A stretch of DNA of 26,648 nt from Candidatus Methylomirabilota bacterium (GTDB lineage Bacteria; Methylomirabilota; Methylomirabilia; Rokubacteriales; CSP1-6), in the NCBI GenBank assembly GCA_046726415.1, contig JBKPAK010000234.1, positions 1 to 26,648 of the forward strand, written 5' to 3'. A program made the position numbers and the translations under genes. Below are positions 9,389-17,871 of this stretch, one piece after another (the stretch's first letter is position 1; each line of letters opens with the position of its first letter). Below the pieces are notes generated by a model. The model was not told where the DNA came from. It searched no databases and worked only from the letters and a program-made list of their open reading frames with translations.

Positions 9389-10042
9389 TCAGTCGCTGAA
9401 CGCGAGGTCCAGACGCACCGTGGGAAGGCCAAGCGAGAGTTCGACGGCGGTGAGGCATTCTGGCTCTGGCTCTGGATCGTCGGGACGCAATAGATACGCT
9501 GCCCGCGTGGGGCAGGTCAGGTCCTCGAAGGGCAAATAGAATACCCCGGTGAACGTCCCGCTTCTGAACCAGTGGAACGGCCCACCCTTGGCGCCCTTGG
9601 CGTCCCAGATCCCGGCGATGGACCCCAACGGGATCCCCTTCTTGAGAGCCGGCGAGAGGTCGATGATCCCCCTGAGGAAACCTTCGACGACTATCCATTC
9701 GGGCCCGTCCCCGTCCGGGAGGCTGTCGAGCTGTACCACGATAGAGAAGGTTCCGCGGACAGGGCCCTTCCCGCTCTCCAAGTCGATGTCGTCGGAGGCC
9801 GTGACCACCACATTGCACGGACCGCGAAGAGTCGGCGGGCAGATGGGGGCATCTGACGACATTGTGCCAACGAGCGTCGCCGTAGCCGACCGCGTCCCTC
9901 TCTTCTTCAGGAGCCGTAAACTGGCGGTCTCCGTCACCTCGTAGAGGCTGCCTTGAGGAGCCAGGTCCTGCGCTTGGACAGGAGAGACTAACGCGAGGAC
10001 CAGCCAGGCGAGAAACCAGGCACCGGGGACCTTTCCAGTCAT
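9389..10042 (-). CDS. Secreted hypothetical protein
   Basis: Strong RBS AAGGGAGGAG before MTGKV. Signal peptide (AWFLAWLVLALVSPVQA|QD). The mature part is beta-rich with four Cys. Confidence 0.7.
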   Translation of the reverse strand: MTGKVPGAWFLAWLVLALVSPVQAQDLAPQGSLYEVTETASLRLLKKRGTRSATATLVGTMSSDAPICPPTLRGPCNVVVTASDDIDLESGKGPVRGTFSIVVQLDSLPDGDGPEWIVVEGFLRGIIDLSPALKKGIPLGSIAGIWDAKGAKGGPFHWFRSGTFTGVFYLPFEDLTCPTRAAYLLRPDDPEPEPECLTAVELSLGLPTVRLDLAFSD

Positions 10043-10092
10043 ATCTCCTCCCTTGTGAGAGTGAGACAGCCACGGCGGGGTTCGTCCCCCGG

Positions 10093-11118
10093 TCAACCGG
10101 CCTCTGGTAGGGCTGAACGGGACGAATCGACCAAGGTCGGGCCGCCGGTAGAGCCCCACACGCCCAAGTAGGGGACGGCGTCCCGCTTCCGTTGCTTCCG
10201 AATCTCGTGTTCGAGAATGCTGAAGACGATGATGTCGCTAGAGATCCCGTGATGGATGGCGGCCCCACGAAGGACGCCTTCCTGGACGAATCCGTTGCGC
10301 CGCAAGGCGTTGATGCTGAGCCGGTTGTAGTCGTAGACCTTGGCCTCGATGCGGCGGATGCCGAGCAGGTCTTGCGCGTAGAAGGACAGCATGCGCGAAG
10401 CCGCCACTCCCCACCCGCGGCGCAGCGCCTGGCGGCTAACGATGGCCGCCTCGAGAAATCCGTAGCCCTGTCCGAGGTGGATCCCGAAGAGCCTGACGAA
10501 CCCCAGGGGGACCTCCTGCCCGATGGCGGATTGCAAAATCAGCGTGAGCGAGGCGGGATGGTGCAGCACGCTGGAGGCGAACTCTGGATGGTATGGGCCG
10601 AGGTACCGGCACCGATACAACAGCTCGCTGCCAACCATGATCTTGAGGTTGGGATCGTGCGCCCACTGCTCGAAGAAACTCAGATCCTCCCACCGCACGC
10701 GTCGCAAGGCGAATTCGCCCGTGCGCACCACGGTCACATCGGGGTCCTCGTCTGGTTGTCCCTCGCGCCACAGTTCGGTCAAGCCTGACTCCGGTTCGCG
10801 CGGGCCGATCAGAGGTAGGTCCTCGACGATACCCGTCTCGAGGCTGCCGTGGAGGACGGCGGCACTGGGCAGGATGGAGAGGTGGACGCCCCGCTCCGCC
10901 GCCAGCTGCGCCGCCTGCAGCAGGGTGGCCAACCCGGCCACATCGACGATCTTCACCCCCTCCAGATTGATCTCGATGCGAGGGGTCCGCGCGGCGAGGT
11001 GTTCGCGAAAAGCCCAGGCGAAGCCGGCCGCCGTGCGCAAGGTCAGTTCGTTTCCCCCGGAGAACATCTCCCAACTGGCCGGGCTGGTCGCGCCGTCGGG
11101 CATGGCCAGGAATGCCAT
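10093..11118 (-). CDS. STAS (anti-sigma antagonist-like) domain fused to a RimJ/RimL-type GNAT acetyltransferase
   Basis: ELTLRTA..F...IEINLEGVKIVDVAGLATL is STAS-like. ALRRVRWEDL...RRGWG...LGIRRIEAKVYDYNRLSINALRRNGFVQEGVLR is Acetyltransf_3-like. TGATG coupling to the methyltransferase stop. Confidence 0.82.
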   Translation of the reverse strand: MAFLAMPDGATSPASWEMFSGGNELTLRTAAGFAWAFREHLAARTPRIEINLEGVKIVDVAGLATLLQAAQLAAERGVHLSILPSAAVLHGSLETGIVEDLPLIGPREPESGLTELWREGQPDEDPDVTVVRTGEFALRRVRWEDLSFFEQWAHDPNLKIMVGSELLYRCRYLGPYHPEFASSVLHHPASLTLILQSAIGQEVPLGFVRLFGIHLGQGYGFLEAAIVSRQALRRGWGVAASRMLSFYAQDLLGIRRIEAKVYDYNRLSINALRRNGFVQEGVLRGAAIHHGISSDIIVFSILEHEIRKQRKRDAVPYLGVWGSTGGPTLVDSSRSALPEAG

Positions 11119-11819
11119 CAGACCGCCCGTGTCCATGCCACCAGGCTGATCCCGCCGAGGAACGTTCGCGAGACGTCCAGGACCGCGAAGCCCGCACCCC
11201 TGAGCAGGGCGTGGAATTCCTCCGGGCAGAGATAGCGGCGCTCTCCGCGGCGCAGGGCCTCGAAGGCGGCCGTGGGGATGAGCCAGCGGAGCGCGCGCAG
11301 CCCGTCGCTCAGTCCCGCCTCGCCGGCGACGTCGCGGAACGTGCTCAACACGTGGGGCGGCCTGGCATACGTCAGAAACAGCGCATGCCCGCCTCGAGCC
11401 AGGGCCCGTCGGCACCCCGCCAGGAATCGCCCTGGCTCCGGATGCCAGTACAGCGTGTGCAGACTCACCAGCACATCGTAGCGGCCCGCCTGCGGCACTG
11501 CGGCCTGAGCCACGTCGAGGTGGTGAAAGATGACCTTCCCATCGAGACGGGAGAGCGGCGTCCCGCGCGCGATCTCCACCAGACGCCCCACCCCGTCGAG
11601 CCCGACCACGTCGTAGCCCTCGTGCGCCAGTCGCCGGGCGAGCGTGCCCGTCCCGCATGCCACGTCCAGGATGCGGATCTCGTCCCGCGCGACGGCGGAC
11701 GGCCTGGCCCGATTGATGCGCTCGACGATCTCATCGAGCAGCTGCGTGTATGGCCGAAAGGCGCGCACGACCGCGTCGTAGGCCAGGCCGTAGCCGACGG
11801 CGGCCAGGGAATCCATCAT
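11118..11819 (-). CDS. Class I SAM-dependent methyltransferase
   Basis: ILDVACGTG motif I, VVGLD, YDVLVS.HTLYW, LARGG. Starts 2 bp after the kinase stop. Confidence 0.9.
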   Translation of the reverse strand: MMDSLAAVGYGLAYDAVVRAFRPYTQLLDEIVERINRARPSAVARDEIRILDVACGTGTLARRLAHEGYDVVGLDGVGRLVEIARGTPLSRLDGKVIFHHLDVAQAAVPQAGRYDVLVSLHTLYWHPEPGRFLAGCRRALARGGHALFLTYARPPHVLSTFRDVAGEAGLSDGLRALRWLIPTAAFEALRRGERRYLCPEEFHALLRGAGFAVLDVSRTFLGGISLVAWTRAV

Positions 11820-11821
11820 GG

Positions 11822-14023
11822 TCAGCCCTGGCCCCGGGCTGGCGTGGTGTTCAAGACGTCCTCGGCGGGCCGCGGCGTGGTCCCGTCCGCCTCGCGCCGG
11901 TGCGGGATCTTGACCCGCATGGTGGTGCCCTGCCCCGGCTGACTCTGCACTTCGATGCTGCCTCCGTGCCGGGAGACGATGCTGAGGCTCACGGACAGGC
12001 CGAGGCCCGTCCCCCTTCCCTCACCTTTGGTCGTGAAGAACGGCTCGAAGATCCGCGCGACCTGCGCCTGATCCATCCCGGTCCCGGTATCCGTCACCCT
12101 GACGACGACCATCCCCTCCGCCGGTATCAGTTCCGACTCCACCGTGAGAGTTCCACCTCCCGGCATGGCATCGACCGCGTTGGTGAACAGGTTGATGAAC
12201 ACTTGCGTTAGCTGGTCGCGATCGCCCATGACCAGCGGCAGGCGCGGTCCGAACGCAGTATGCACGGTCACGCCGCCGCTCGCCAGCCGGACCTGCACGA
12301 TGTCCAGCGAGCGCCGGATCAGCTCGTTGGCATCCAGCGGTTCATGCTTCGGCTCCCGCCGGCGCGAGAAGTCAAGGAGATCCCGCACGATCTTTCCCGC
12401 GCGATTCGCCGCGTTGATGATGTTGGTGATCTTGGCGTAGGCGGCCGAATCGGACGGTGTCCGGCGGAGGAGCACGGCGCTGCTGCCCAGGATGACCGTC
12501 AGCGGGTTGTTGATCTCGTGGGCGAGGCTGGCCGCCAGCTCTCCGATGGCCGCCAGCTTGGCCGATTGGGTAAGCTGCTCCTGCGTAGTCTGCAACTCCA
12601 GCATCCGGTCCTTCAGGTCCTGGTACAGCCGCGCGTTCTTGAGCGCGATGGCCATCTGCCCCATGAGCATTTCGAGGATCCTGATGTCGGCGGGAGCGAA
12701 CACCTCCCCTGACAACTTCTCCCCCAGCACGAGTACAGCCGCCAGGTCTCCCTCGAGAAACATGGGAACCAGCAGCGCCACCCGCTCCGCCTCCAGCCGC
12801 TTGACGATGGCGCGGAGGCCAGGGTCGCTGCTGGCCTCGAGCGCCGCCTCGCCGACCACCATCGTCCGGGCCGAACGCCGCAGCCAGAGGGCGAGGGCGG
12901 GGTCCAGGTACCGACTCGTCGGGATCCCCTCGCCGGCCGGCGATACGGCCTCCGCGAAGCGCTCCAGGCTGCCCGCGCCGGGACGGTAGAGGTGAAGGGC
13001 GGCCCGCATCGCGGGAATTCGGGAGACCAGCTCCGAGGTGAGCCTCCGTCCGAGCTCGTCCAGGTCGAGGAGCGATGCCAGCTCCTTACTGAGATCCAGG
13101 AGGGCCTCGCGCACGCTGTGCTGGCGCGCAAACATGAGCCGTTCGAGACCCCGCTCGAGCACGTGCAGGAGCGGAAGCGCCAGGCTGAACCCGATGAGCA
13201 GCGCACTGCCGACGATGACGCTTCGCAGGACCCCTTCGACCGGGACGAGTTGTTCGAGGGCCCACTGCCCGAGCCAGTGCCCGAAGATGAGCACCGGAGC
13301 GAGGGCGATCGAAGCCGAGAGATAGAGCAGCAGCCGCCTGCCCAGGGCCCCCATGTCGAGCAGTCGGTAGCGGACGATGGCCAGGCCAAGCGCCAGCGCC
13401 AGGAGCGAGTTGGTCGGGATGCCCACGGGATACACCTTCTCTAGGCCCGGCAGAATGAAGCGAAGGAAATCGACGGCGCCGCCGAGCAGGCTGACGGTGA
13501 TGCCCACCATGACCAGGAGCATCCGGTGACGCCAAAAGCTCGACGTCTGCGCGCGCCGCGCCCGCACCAGCCGGACCAGTCCCCACACCATGTACAGCTG
13601 GAAATAGACGAGGAATAGCTTGTAGAGCGGTCCTTCGACCGGGACCCATCCCCAGTAGGTCTGCTCCACGCCCCGCATGAGCAGCGGCGTGGCGCACACG
13701 GACAGGAAGAAGACGCACAACACCCCTCCCACGAACAGCGATCGGCGTCGCGTCGGCAGCTCGAGAAAGATGACGATATAGCGGTAGAACAGGACGGGGA
13801 GAGGAATGACGCCGACGTGCACCACGATCTCCCACAGGAATGCCTCGTGGGGCCCGACACTCCACCGCAGCCCGAGCACTCCGAAGTTCCAGACGGCCTG
13901 GGCGGCCGCGAAATACGCGAAGCTGCGATTGAGGGGGCTCCGGCGGTCGGAGGCGAGGGCACTGACAATGAGGAGGAGATTCAGACCCAGGGCGAACAGC
14001 GGGACGAGCTTGTGGACAGTCAT
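11822..14023 (-). CDS. Sensor histidine kinase: N-terminal 7TM-type membrane region, GAF, HisKA, HATPase
   Basis: Multi-TM N-terminus (LNRSF..F....AVWN, AIVRYRLLD, typical of HisKA_7TM). GAF end (LVPM...L.LGEKLSG..F...D...L....QMAIALKNARLY), AHEINNP, QVFINL..NA.DA, FEPFFTTK, GTGLGL. Confidence 0.92.
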   Translation of the reverse strand: MTVHKLVPLFALGLNLLLIVSALASDRRSPLNRSFAYFAAAQAVWNFGVLGLRWSVGPHEAFLWEIVVHVGVIPLPVLFYRYIVIFLELPTRRRSLFVGGVLCVFFLSVCATPLLMRGVEQTYWGWVPVEGPLYKLFLVYFQLYMVWGLVRLVRARRAQTSSFWRHRMLLVMVGITVSLLGGAVDFLRFILPGLEKVYPVGIPTNSLLALALGLAIVRYRLLDMGALGRRLLLYLSASIALAPVLIFGHWLGQWALEQLVPVEGVLRSVIVGSALLIGFSLALPLLHVLERGLERLMFARQHSVREALLDLSKELASLLDLDELGRRLTSELVSRIPAMRAALHLYRPGAGSLERFAEAVSPAGEGIPTSRYLDPALALWLRRSARTMVVGEAALEASSDPGLRAIVKRLEAERVALLVPMFLEGDLAAVLVLGEKLSGEVFAPADIRILEMLMGQMAIALKNARLYQDLKDRMLELQTTQEQLTQSAKLAAIGELAASLAHEINNPLTVILGSSAVLLRRTPSDSAAYAKITNIINAANRAGKIVRDLLDFSRRREPKHEPLDANELIRRSLDIVQVRLASGGVTVHTAFGPRLPLVMGDRDQLTQVFINLFTNAVDAMPGGGTLTVESELIPAEGMVVVRVTDTGTGMDQAQVARIFEPFFTTKGEGRGTGLGLSVSLSIVSRHGGSIEVQSQPGQGTTMRVKIPHRREADGTTPRPAEDVLNTTPARGQG

Positions 14024-14106
14024 GACTGGCGCTCTCGCGCTACCCCAACTGCGCCGAGATTGCTCAGCCTCGCGAGTCCGGCCATGGGCACACGGGTGAC
14101 GTTGGG

Positions 14107-14137
14107 GTAATCGGCCGGCCGGCCCCCGCTCCGGAGG
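14107..14137 (-). promoter_or_regulatory. Candidate sigma28-type promoter of the kinase-MTase-STAS/GNAT operon
   Basis: CCTCCGG-N15-GCCGATTAC. The -10 matches the sigma28 GCCGATAA box, and the layout is identical to 17815-17845. Confidence 0.55.
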
Positions 14138-14195
14138 GGGCTTGGCCTCGCTATATCAAACCCCTGATCATGCCCTTGCCCTCAAGGTATTGATC

Positions 14196-14717
14196 TCAGA
14201 AGCCTGCCCCATACAGGAACCAATACACCATGACCCCGGTCACGGAAACGTACAGCCACACCGGAAGAGTCCACCGCGCGAGTCGTCGATGCCGGGCGAA
14301 CTCGCCGCGCCAGGCGCGATAGATCGTGACGAGGGCAAGCGGGACGATTGCCACGGCCAGCACGATATGGGAGGCAAGCAGAGGAAAATAGACCCAGCGG
14401 ATCCAGCCTTGCCCCGCGAACGGTCGCGATCCAAACCAGTAGTGGTAGGCCACATACGAGGCGAGAAAGACCACTGACGCGCCCAGGGCGGCGAGCATGC
14501 AAGCCCCGTGCGCCCCGCGCTGCCCCCTTCGGATGAACGCGTAGCCGACCATCAAGAGCGTCGCGCTCAGGCCGTTGAGAAACGCGTTGAACCCCGGCAG
14601 GGCCGATACTTCGGCGGCAGCACTCACCGGGGACCGTCCGAGGAGGAGCACGCCAACCACCCCCACCACCGCGACCGAGATGCAGGCAATCGTCGGGAGA
14701 GCCACGCGATCCTGCAT
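14196..14717 (-). CDS. DUF420 (YozB-like) membrane protein
   Basis: LP.FNA.LN..S, H...M, FL.SY..YH, F.G.G.IR.VYF..L.SHI.LA, HRR.ARWT.P.WLYVSVTGV.VY. Start at MQDRV (TACGAT 6 nt upstream). Confidence 0.9.
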   Translation of the reverse strand: MQDRVALPTIACISVAVVGVVGVLLLGRSPVSAAAEVSALPGFNAFLNGLSATLLMVGYAFIRRGQRGAHGACMLAALGASVVFLASYVAYHYWFGSRPFAGQGWIRWVYFPLLASHIVLAVAIVPLALVTIYRAWRGEFARHRRLARWTLPVWLYVSVTGVMVYWFLYGAGF

Positions 14718-14859
14718 GGCGCGATCGTACTCCAATCTACGCCATCCGGCACTCAGCTCGGGCCTGCCGAGACGGGCACGGGGTCCCCGTATCGGGACCA
14801 GATTGGCACACCCACGTGCGCCCTCCCGCCGCTACCGTGCGGAGCGGAGGATCCCAGAC

Positions 14860-15471
14860 ATGGCGATCGACTGGCCCCAGGACCGGATACTCGTGGTGGA
14901 TGACGATGCGGCCGCCCGCCGAACCCTCCAGGAGCTTCTGGGACAGGCTGACTACGCGTCGGTGGGCGTGGCCAGCGTGGCCGAGGCTCGGCGAGTCGCT
15001 GAAGGTGAAGAGCCTACCCTAGCCCTCCTCGACCTCGTTCTCCCCGACGGCGACGGCCTCCGCCTCTTGCGCGATCTACGCGCCTCGTGGCCGGCCATGC
15101 CGGCCCTCATCGTCACCACCTGCGTCGAGACGCGGAGCATCGTCGCCGCCATGCGAGCGGGCGCCTTCGACTACCTGACGAAGCCAGTGGATTGCGAGGT
15201 CCTGCTCTCAGCTTGTCGCGCGGCGCTGGCCCGCCGACCCTCCCGCTCGTGTGGTTCGGCCCGCTCGCACACCATCGTCAGGGAGATTGGCACGACCACA
15301 CCCTGGCCTCCGTCGTCCGCGTATCTGCGCCCGCTGCGCGACATCGAGGACGCGTACATCGATCACGTGCTGGCCGCCACCCGGGGCAATCGCACCCGCG
15401 CCGCCCGGATTCTCGGGGTCGCCCGCGAAACCTTGCGCACGCGCATGCTCACGCGCCGGGCCGTGTCGTGA
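14860..15471 (+). CDS. Response regulator REC + Fis-type HTH, lacking AAA+ domain
   Basis: ILVVDDD, LLDLVLPDGDG, GAFDYLTKP, a short linker, then LRDIEDAYIDHVL..TRGNRTRAARILGVARETL. GGAGG upstream. Confidence 0.85.
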   Translation: MAIDWPQDRILVVDDDAAARRTLQELLGQADYASVGVASVAEARRVAEGEEPTLALLDLVLPDGDGLRLLRDLRASWPAMPALIVTTCVETRSIVAAMRAGAFDYLTKPVDCEVLLSACRAALARRPSRSCGSARSHTIVREIGTTTPWPPSSAYLRPLRDIEDAYIDHVLAATRGNRTRAARILGVARETLRTRMLTRRAVS

Positions 15472-16349
15472 TGTCGGCGACCGCCGCCCGGACCACGCCG
15501 CCCGTACTCTCATCGACCTCGAGGGAAGCCACCATGAGGGCCACCGCGTTCCACTGGCCGTTCGAAACCGCTGGTAAGACGATCCCTGCGCAGGCGGTGG
15601 AAGCTGCGTGGCGAGAATACCGGACCGTGCGCTCGGAGGCCGCGCGCGAGACGCTGCTGCAGCGCTACATCCACCTCGTTCGCTACATGGCCAGCCGCCT
15701 GGCCCGAACGTTCCCCCCCTCGGTGGACCCCGACGATCTCGTCTCCGCAGGTGTCCTCGGCTTCCTTCGCGCCCTCGACGGCTATGACCCCACCGTCGGC
15801 ACGGACTTCAGCGTGTATGCCCTGACCCGTATCCGGGGGGCCATGGTCGACTTCGTCCGCACGATCGATCCCCTCGGCCGCGTCACCCGACGCCGGCTCC
15901 GCGACGCGGCGCGCGTGCTCGCCGGGCTCGAGCAGGAACTGGGACATCAGCCTTCGCAGGCGCAGACCGCTCACAAACTCGGGGTGACGATCGACGCGTA
16001 CCACGAGTTGCTGACGCAGGGGAGCGTGGCCAACGCCATGTCGCTCGAACGCCTGGAGAGCGACAGCGATGAGAACGGCAACGCCTTGACCCGGGCGCGC
16101 ATCCCGGACGCCACCACCAAGGGCTCCCTCACGAGTCTGGTCGACCGCGAAAGCGCCGCCCGCGTCGCCACCATGGTGAGCCAGCTCTCGAGCACCCACC
16201 AACTCGTCCTGCACCTCCACTACGTGGAGGAATTGAACTTCCGCGAGATCGCGATGGTCATGGACATCTCGGAGTCGCGCACCACCCAGCTTCACTCAGC
16301 CGCGATCACCGCGCTCCGGAGTCGGACGGCGGCGGCCACGGTGGTGTGA
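15471..16349 (+). CDS. fliA: FliA/WhiG-family RNA polymerase sigma factor (sigma28)
   Basis: LVRYMA.RL, VDPDDLVSAG.LG, F..YA..RIRGAMVD, LEQELG..P, L.Y.EELNFREIA.VM.ISESR..QLHS.AI..LR. TGATG coupling to the upstream regulator; alternative start 15534. Confidence 0.9.
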   Translation: MSATAARTTPPVLSSTSREATMRATAFHWPFETAGKTIPAQAVEAAWREYRTVRSEAARETLLQRYIHLVRYMASRLARTFPPSVDPDDLVSAGVLGFLRALDGYDPTVGTDFSVYALTRIRGAMVDFVRTIDPLGRVTRRRLRDAARVLAGLEQELGHQPSQAQTAHKLGVTIDAYHELLTQGSVANAMSLERLESDSDENGNALTRARIPDATTKGSLTSLVDRESAARVATMVSQLSSTHQLVLHLHYVEELNFREIAMVMDISESRTTQLHSAAITALRSRTAAATVV

Positions 16350-16356
16350 GCGCGGG

Positions 16357-17718
16357 CTACACCGACATGTTGTAGGACTTGAGCTTGTTGTAGAGGGTCT
16401 TGGGATCCACGTCGAGGATCTTGGCCGCCCGCGCTCGGTTGCCGCCGGTGTGCTGGAGCACCTTGAGAATGTGACGGCGCTCCACTTCGTCGAGCGAGGG
16501 AAGCTTCCCCTCGATCTCGGGTGAGGTGACGGGCAGATGGAGGGCCACGTCGCCGGGGGTGACCTCGTCGCCGGAGGACATTACCGTCAGCCGTTCGACG
16601 ACATTGCGCAGCTCGCGGATGTTGCCGGGCCACGGGTAGCGCGTGAGCACTTGCATCGCTTCCGCGGTGAACTTCAGCGGCCGTTGGCCAGGTCCGGTCA
16701 GTTGGGCGCCGAAGAACTCGACGAGGAGGGCGATGTCTTCCACCCGCTCCCGCAGGGGCGGCACCTCGATCACCACCACGCTCAGTCGATAGTAGAGATC
16801 GTGCCGGAACTGGCCGCTGGCCACCGCACGAGCCAGATCCTTATTGGTGACCGCGATGACCCGCACGTCGACGTGCAGGGTGCGATCGCCGCCCAGACGG
16901 CGGATCTCGCCGCTGTCGAGCGCGCGCAGCAGCTTCGCCTGCATGGCGCTCGACATCTCGGCCACCTCGTCGAGAAAGAGGCTCCCTTCGTGGGCGAGCT
17001 CCAGGAGCCCATGGCGCCGCGCGGCGGCACCCGTGAAGGCGCCCCGCTCATGACCAAACAGCTCGGATTCCAGCAACTCGTCGGGAAGAGCCGCGCAGTT
17101 GATGACCAGGAAGGGCAGCTCGCGACGCGCGCTGCTGGCATGCACCGCCCGGGCGGCCAACTCCTTGCCGCTCCCGCTCTCGCCGAGAATGAGCACGTGG
17201 GATTCGGATTGGCCGGCCCGTTGAAGCAGGTCGCGCAGCCGATCCATGGCGCGGCACTGGCCCTGCATGACCGGCTCGAATTCGTGCTGGGACACCGCCC
17301 GCCGGAGGAGCCGGTTCTCCCGGCGCAGCCGGCGATGCTCGGCGGCCCGGCCCACCACCTGGGCCAGCTCGGCAAAGCGGAAGGGCTTGAGGATGTAATC
17401 GAAGGCCTTGAGTTTGAGGGCCTCGATGGCCGTCTCGACCTCAGCGTGACCGGTGACGATGATGACTTCGCTGTCCTGGCCTTCAGCCCGCATCGTCTGG
17501 AGCACTTCGATGCCGTTCTTCTTGGGAATGCGAAGATCGAGGAGCACGAGGTCGAACTCCTCCTGCGCCAAGGTGGCCAGGGCGGTCTCCCCATCCGCCA
17601 CCGACACGACGAGATAGCCCAGACGGGTCAGAGCAGCGACGAGGGTATCGCGGAGGTCGGGATCATCCTCGACGACGAGCAGTCGAACGACGTTTGCCGT
17701 GCTACCGTTGGACTTCAG
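16357..17718 (-). CDS. Sigma54-dependent response regulator (REC-AAA+-Fis HTH), probable CTG start
   Basis: GESGSGKE, GAFTGA, WPGNIRELRN, HTH. The frame continues upstream of the ORF-track start (17607) as LKSNGSTANVVRLLVVEDDPDLRDTL with no ATG/GTG/TTG. GGAGG (17731-17727) sits 8 nt before CTG at 17718. Confidence 0.88.
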   Translation of the reverse strand: MKSNGSTANVVRLLVVEDDPDLRDTLVAALTRLGYLVVSVADGETALATLAQEEFDLVLLDLRIPKKNGIEVLQTMRAEGQDSEVIIVTGHAEVETAIEALKLKAFDYILKPFRFAELAQVVGRAAEHRRLRRENRLLRRAVSQHEFEPVMQGQCRAMDRLRDLLQRAGQSESHVLILGESGSGKELAARAVHASSARRELPFLVINCAALPDELLESELFGHERGAFTGAAARRHGLLELAHEGSLFLDEVAEMSSAMQAKLLRALDSGEIRRLGGDRTLHVDVRVIAVTNKDLARAVASGQFRHDLYYRLSVVVIEVPPLRERVEDIALLVEFFGAQLTGPGQRPLKFTAEAMQVLTRYPWPGNIRELRNVVERLTVMSSGDEVTPGDVALHLPVTSPEIEGKLPSLDEVERRHILKVLQHTGGNRARAAKILDVDPKTLYNKLKSYNMSV

Positions 17719-17769
17719 GCGGGGCGCCTCCGTCCGGGAACTCGTCGCTCTGGCAACACTGGACCTAAA

Positions 17770-17799
17770 AGCCTACTCGGTGGTGGCCGCCGAAGTCAA
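17770..17799 (-). promoter_or_regulatory. Sigma70-type promoter of the sigma54 activator gene
   Basis: TTGACT-N18-TAGGCT upstream of the RBS/CTG. Confidence 0.5.
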
Positions 17800-17814
17800 C
17801 GCCAGGGGCGGCGG

Positions 17815-17845
17815 CCTCCGGGCCGCCTCATCCGGTGCCGATCAC
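17815..17845 (+). promoter_or_regulatory. Candidate sigma28-type promoter of the flgM-like gene
   Basis: CCTCCGG-N15-GCCGATCAC ending 26 bp before the ATG; twin of 14107-14137. Confidence 0.55.
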
Positions 17846-17871
17846 TCCATCGGGGTGCGAGGGGGAGACCG

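Noticed and set aside
10076-10091. Terminator after STAS-GNAT
   Set aside because: Only a 4-5 bp stem and no U tract.
11119-11658. N-terminal extension of the STAS-GNAT ORF (521-aa version)
   Set aside because: Overlaps the methyltransferase in another frame and has Arg/Gly-rich shadow composition; TGATG coupling supports the 11118 start.
14803-14820. Sigma54 promoter TTGGCACACCCACGTGCG upstream of the REC-Fis/sigma28 operon
   Set aside because: Spacing is GG-N11-GC, one base too long for the strict -24/-12 geometry. Worth rechecking reads in the C-run.
17766-17796. Canonical sigma28 TAAA...GCCGAAGT upstream of flgM
   Set aside because: Spacer is 19 nt rather than 15, and the bases are better explained by the minus-strand sigma70 promoter.
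16537-17871. 519-aa plus-strand ORF
   Set aside because: Antisense shadow of the sigma54 regulator; only its last 74 codons (flgM-like) look real.
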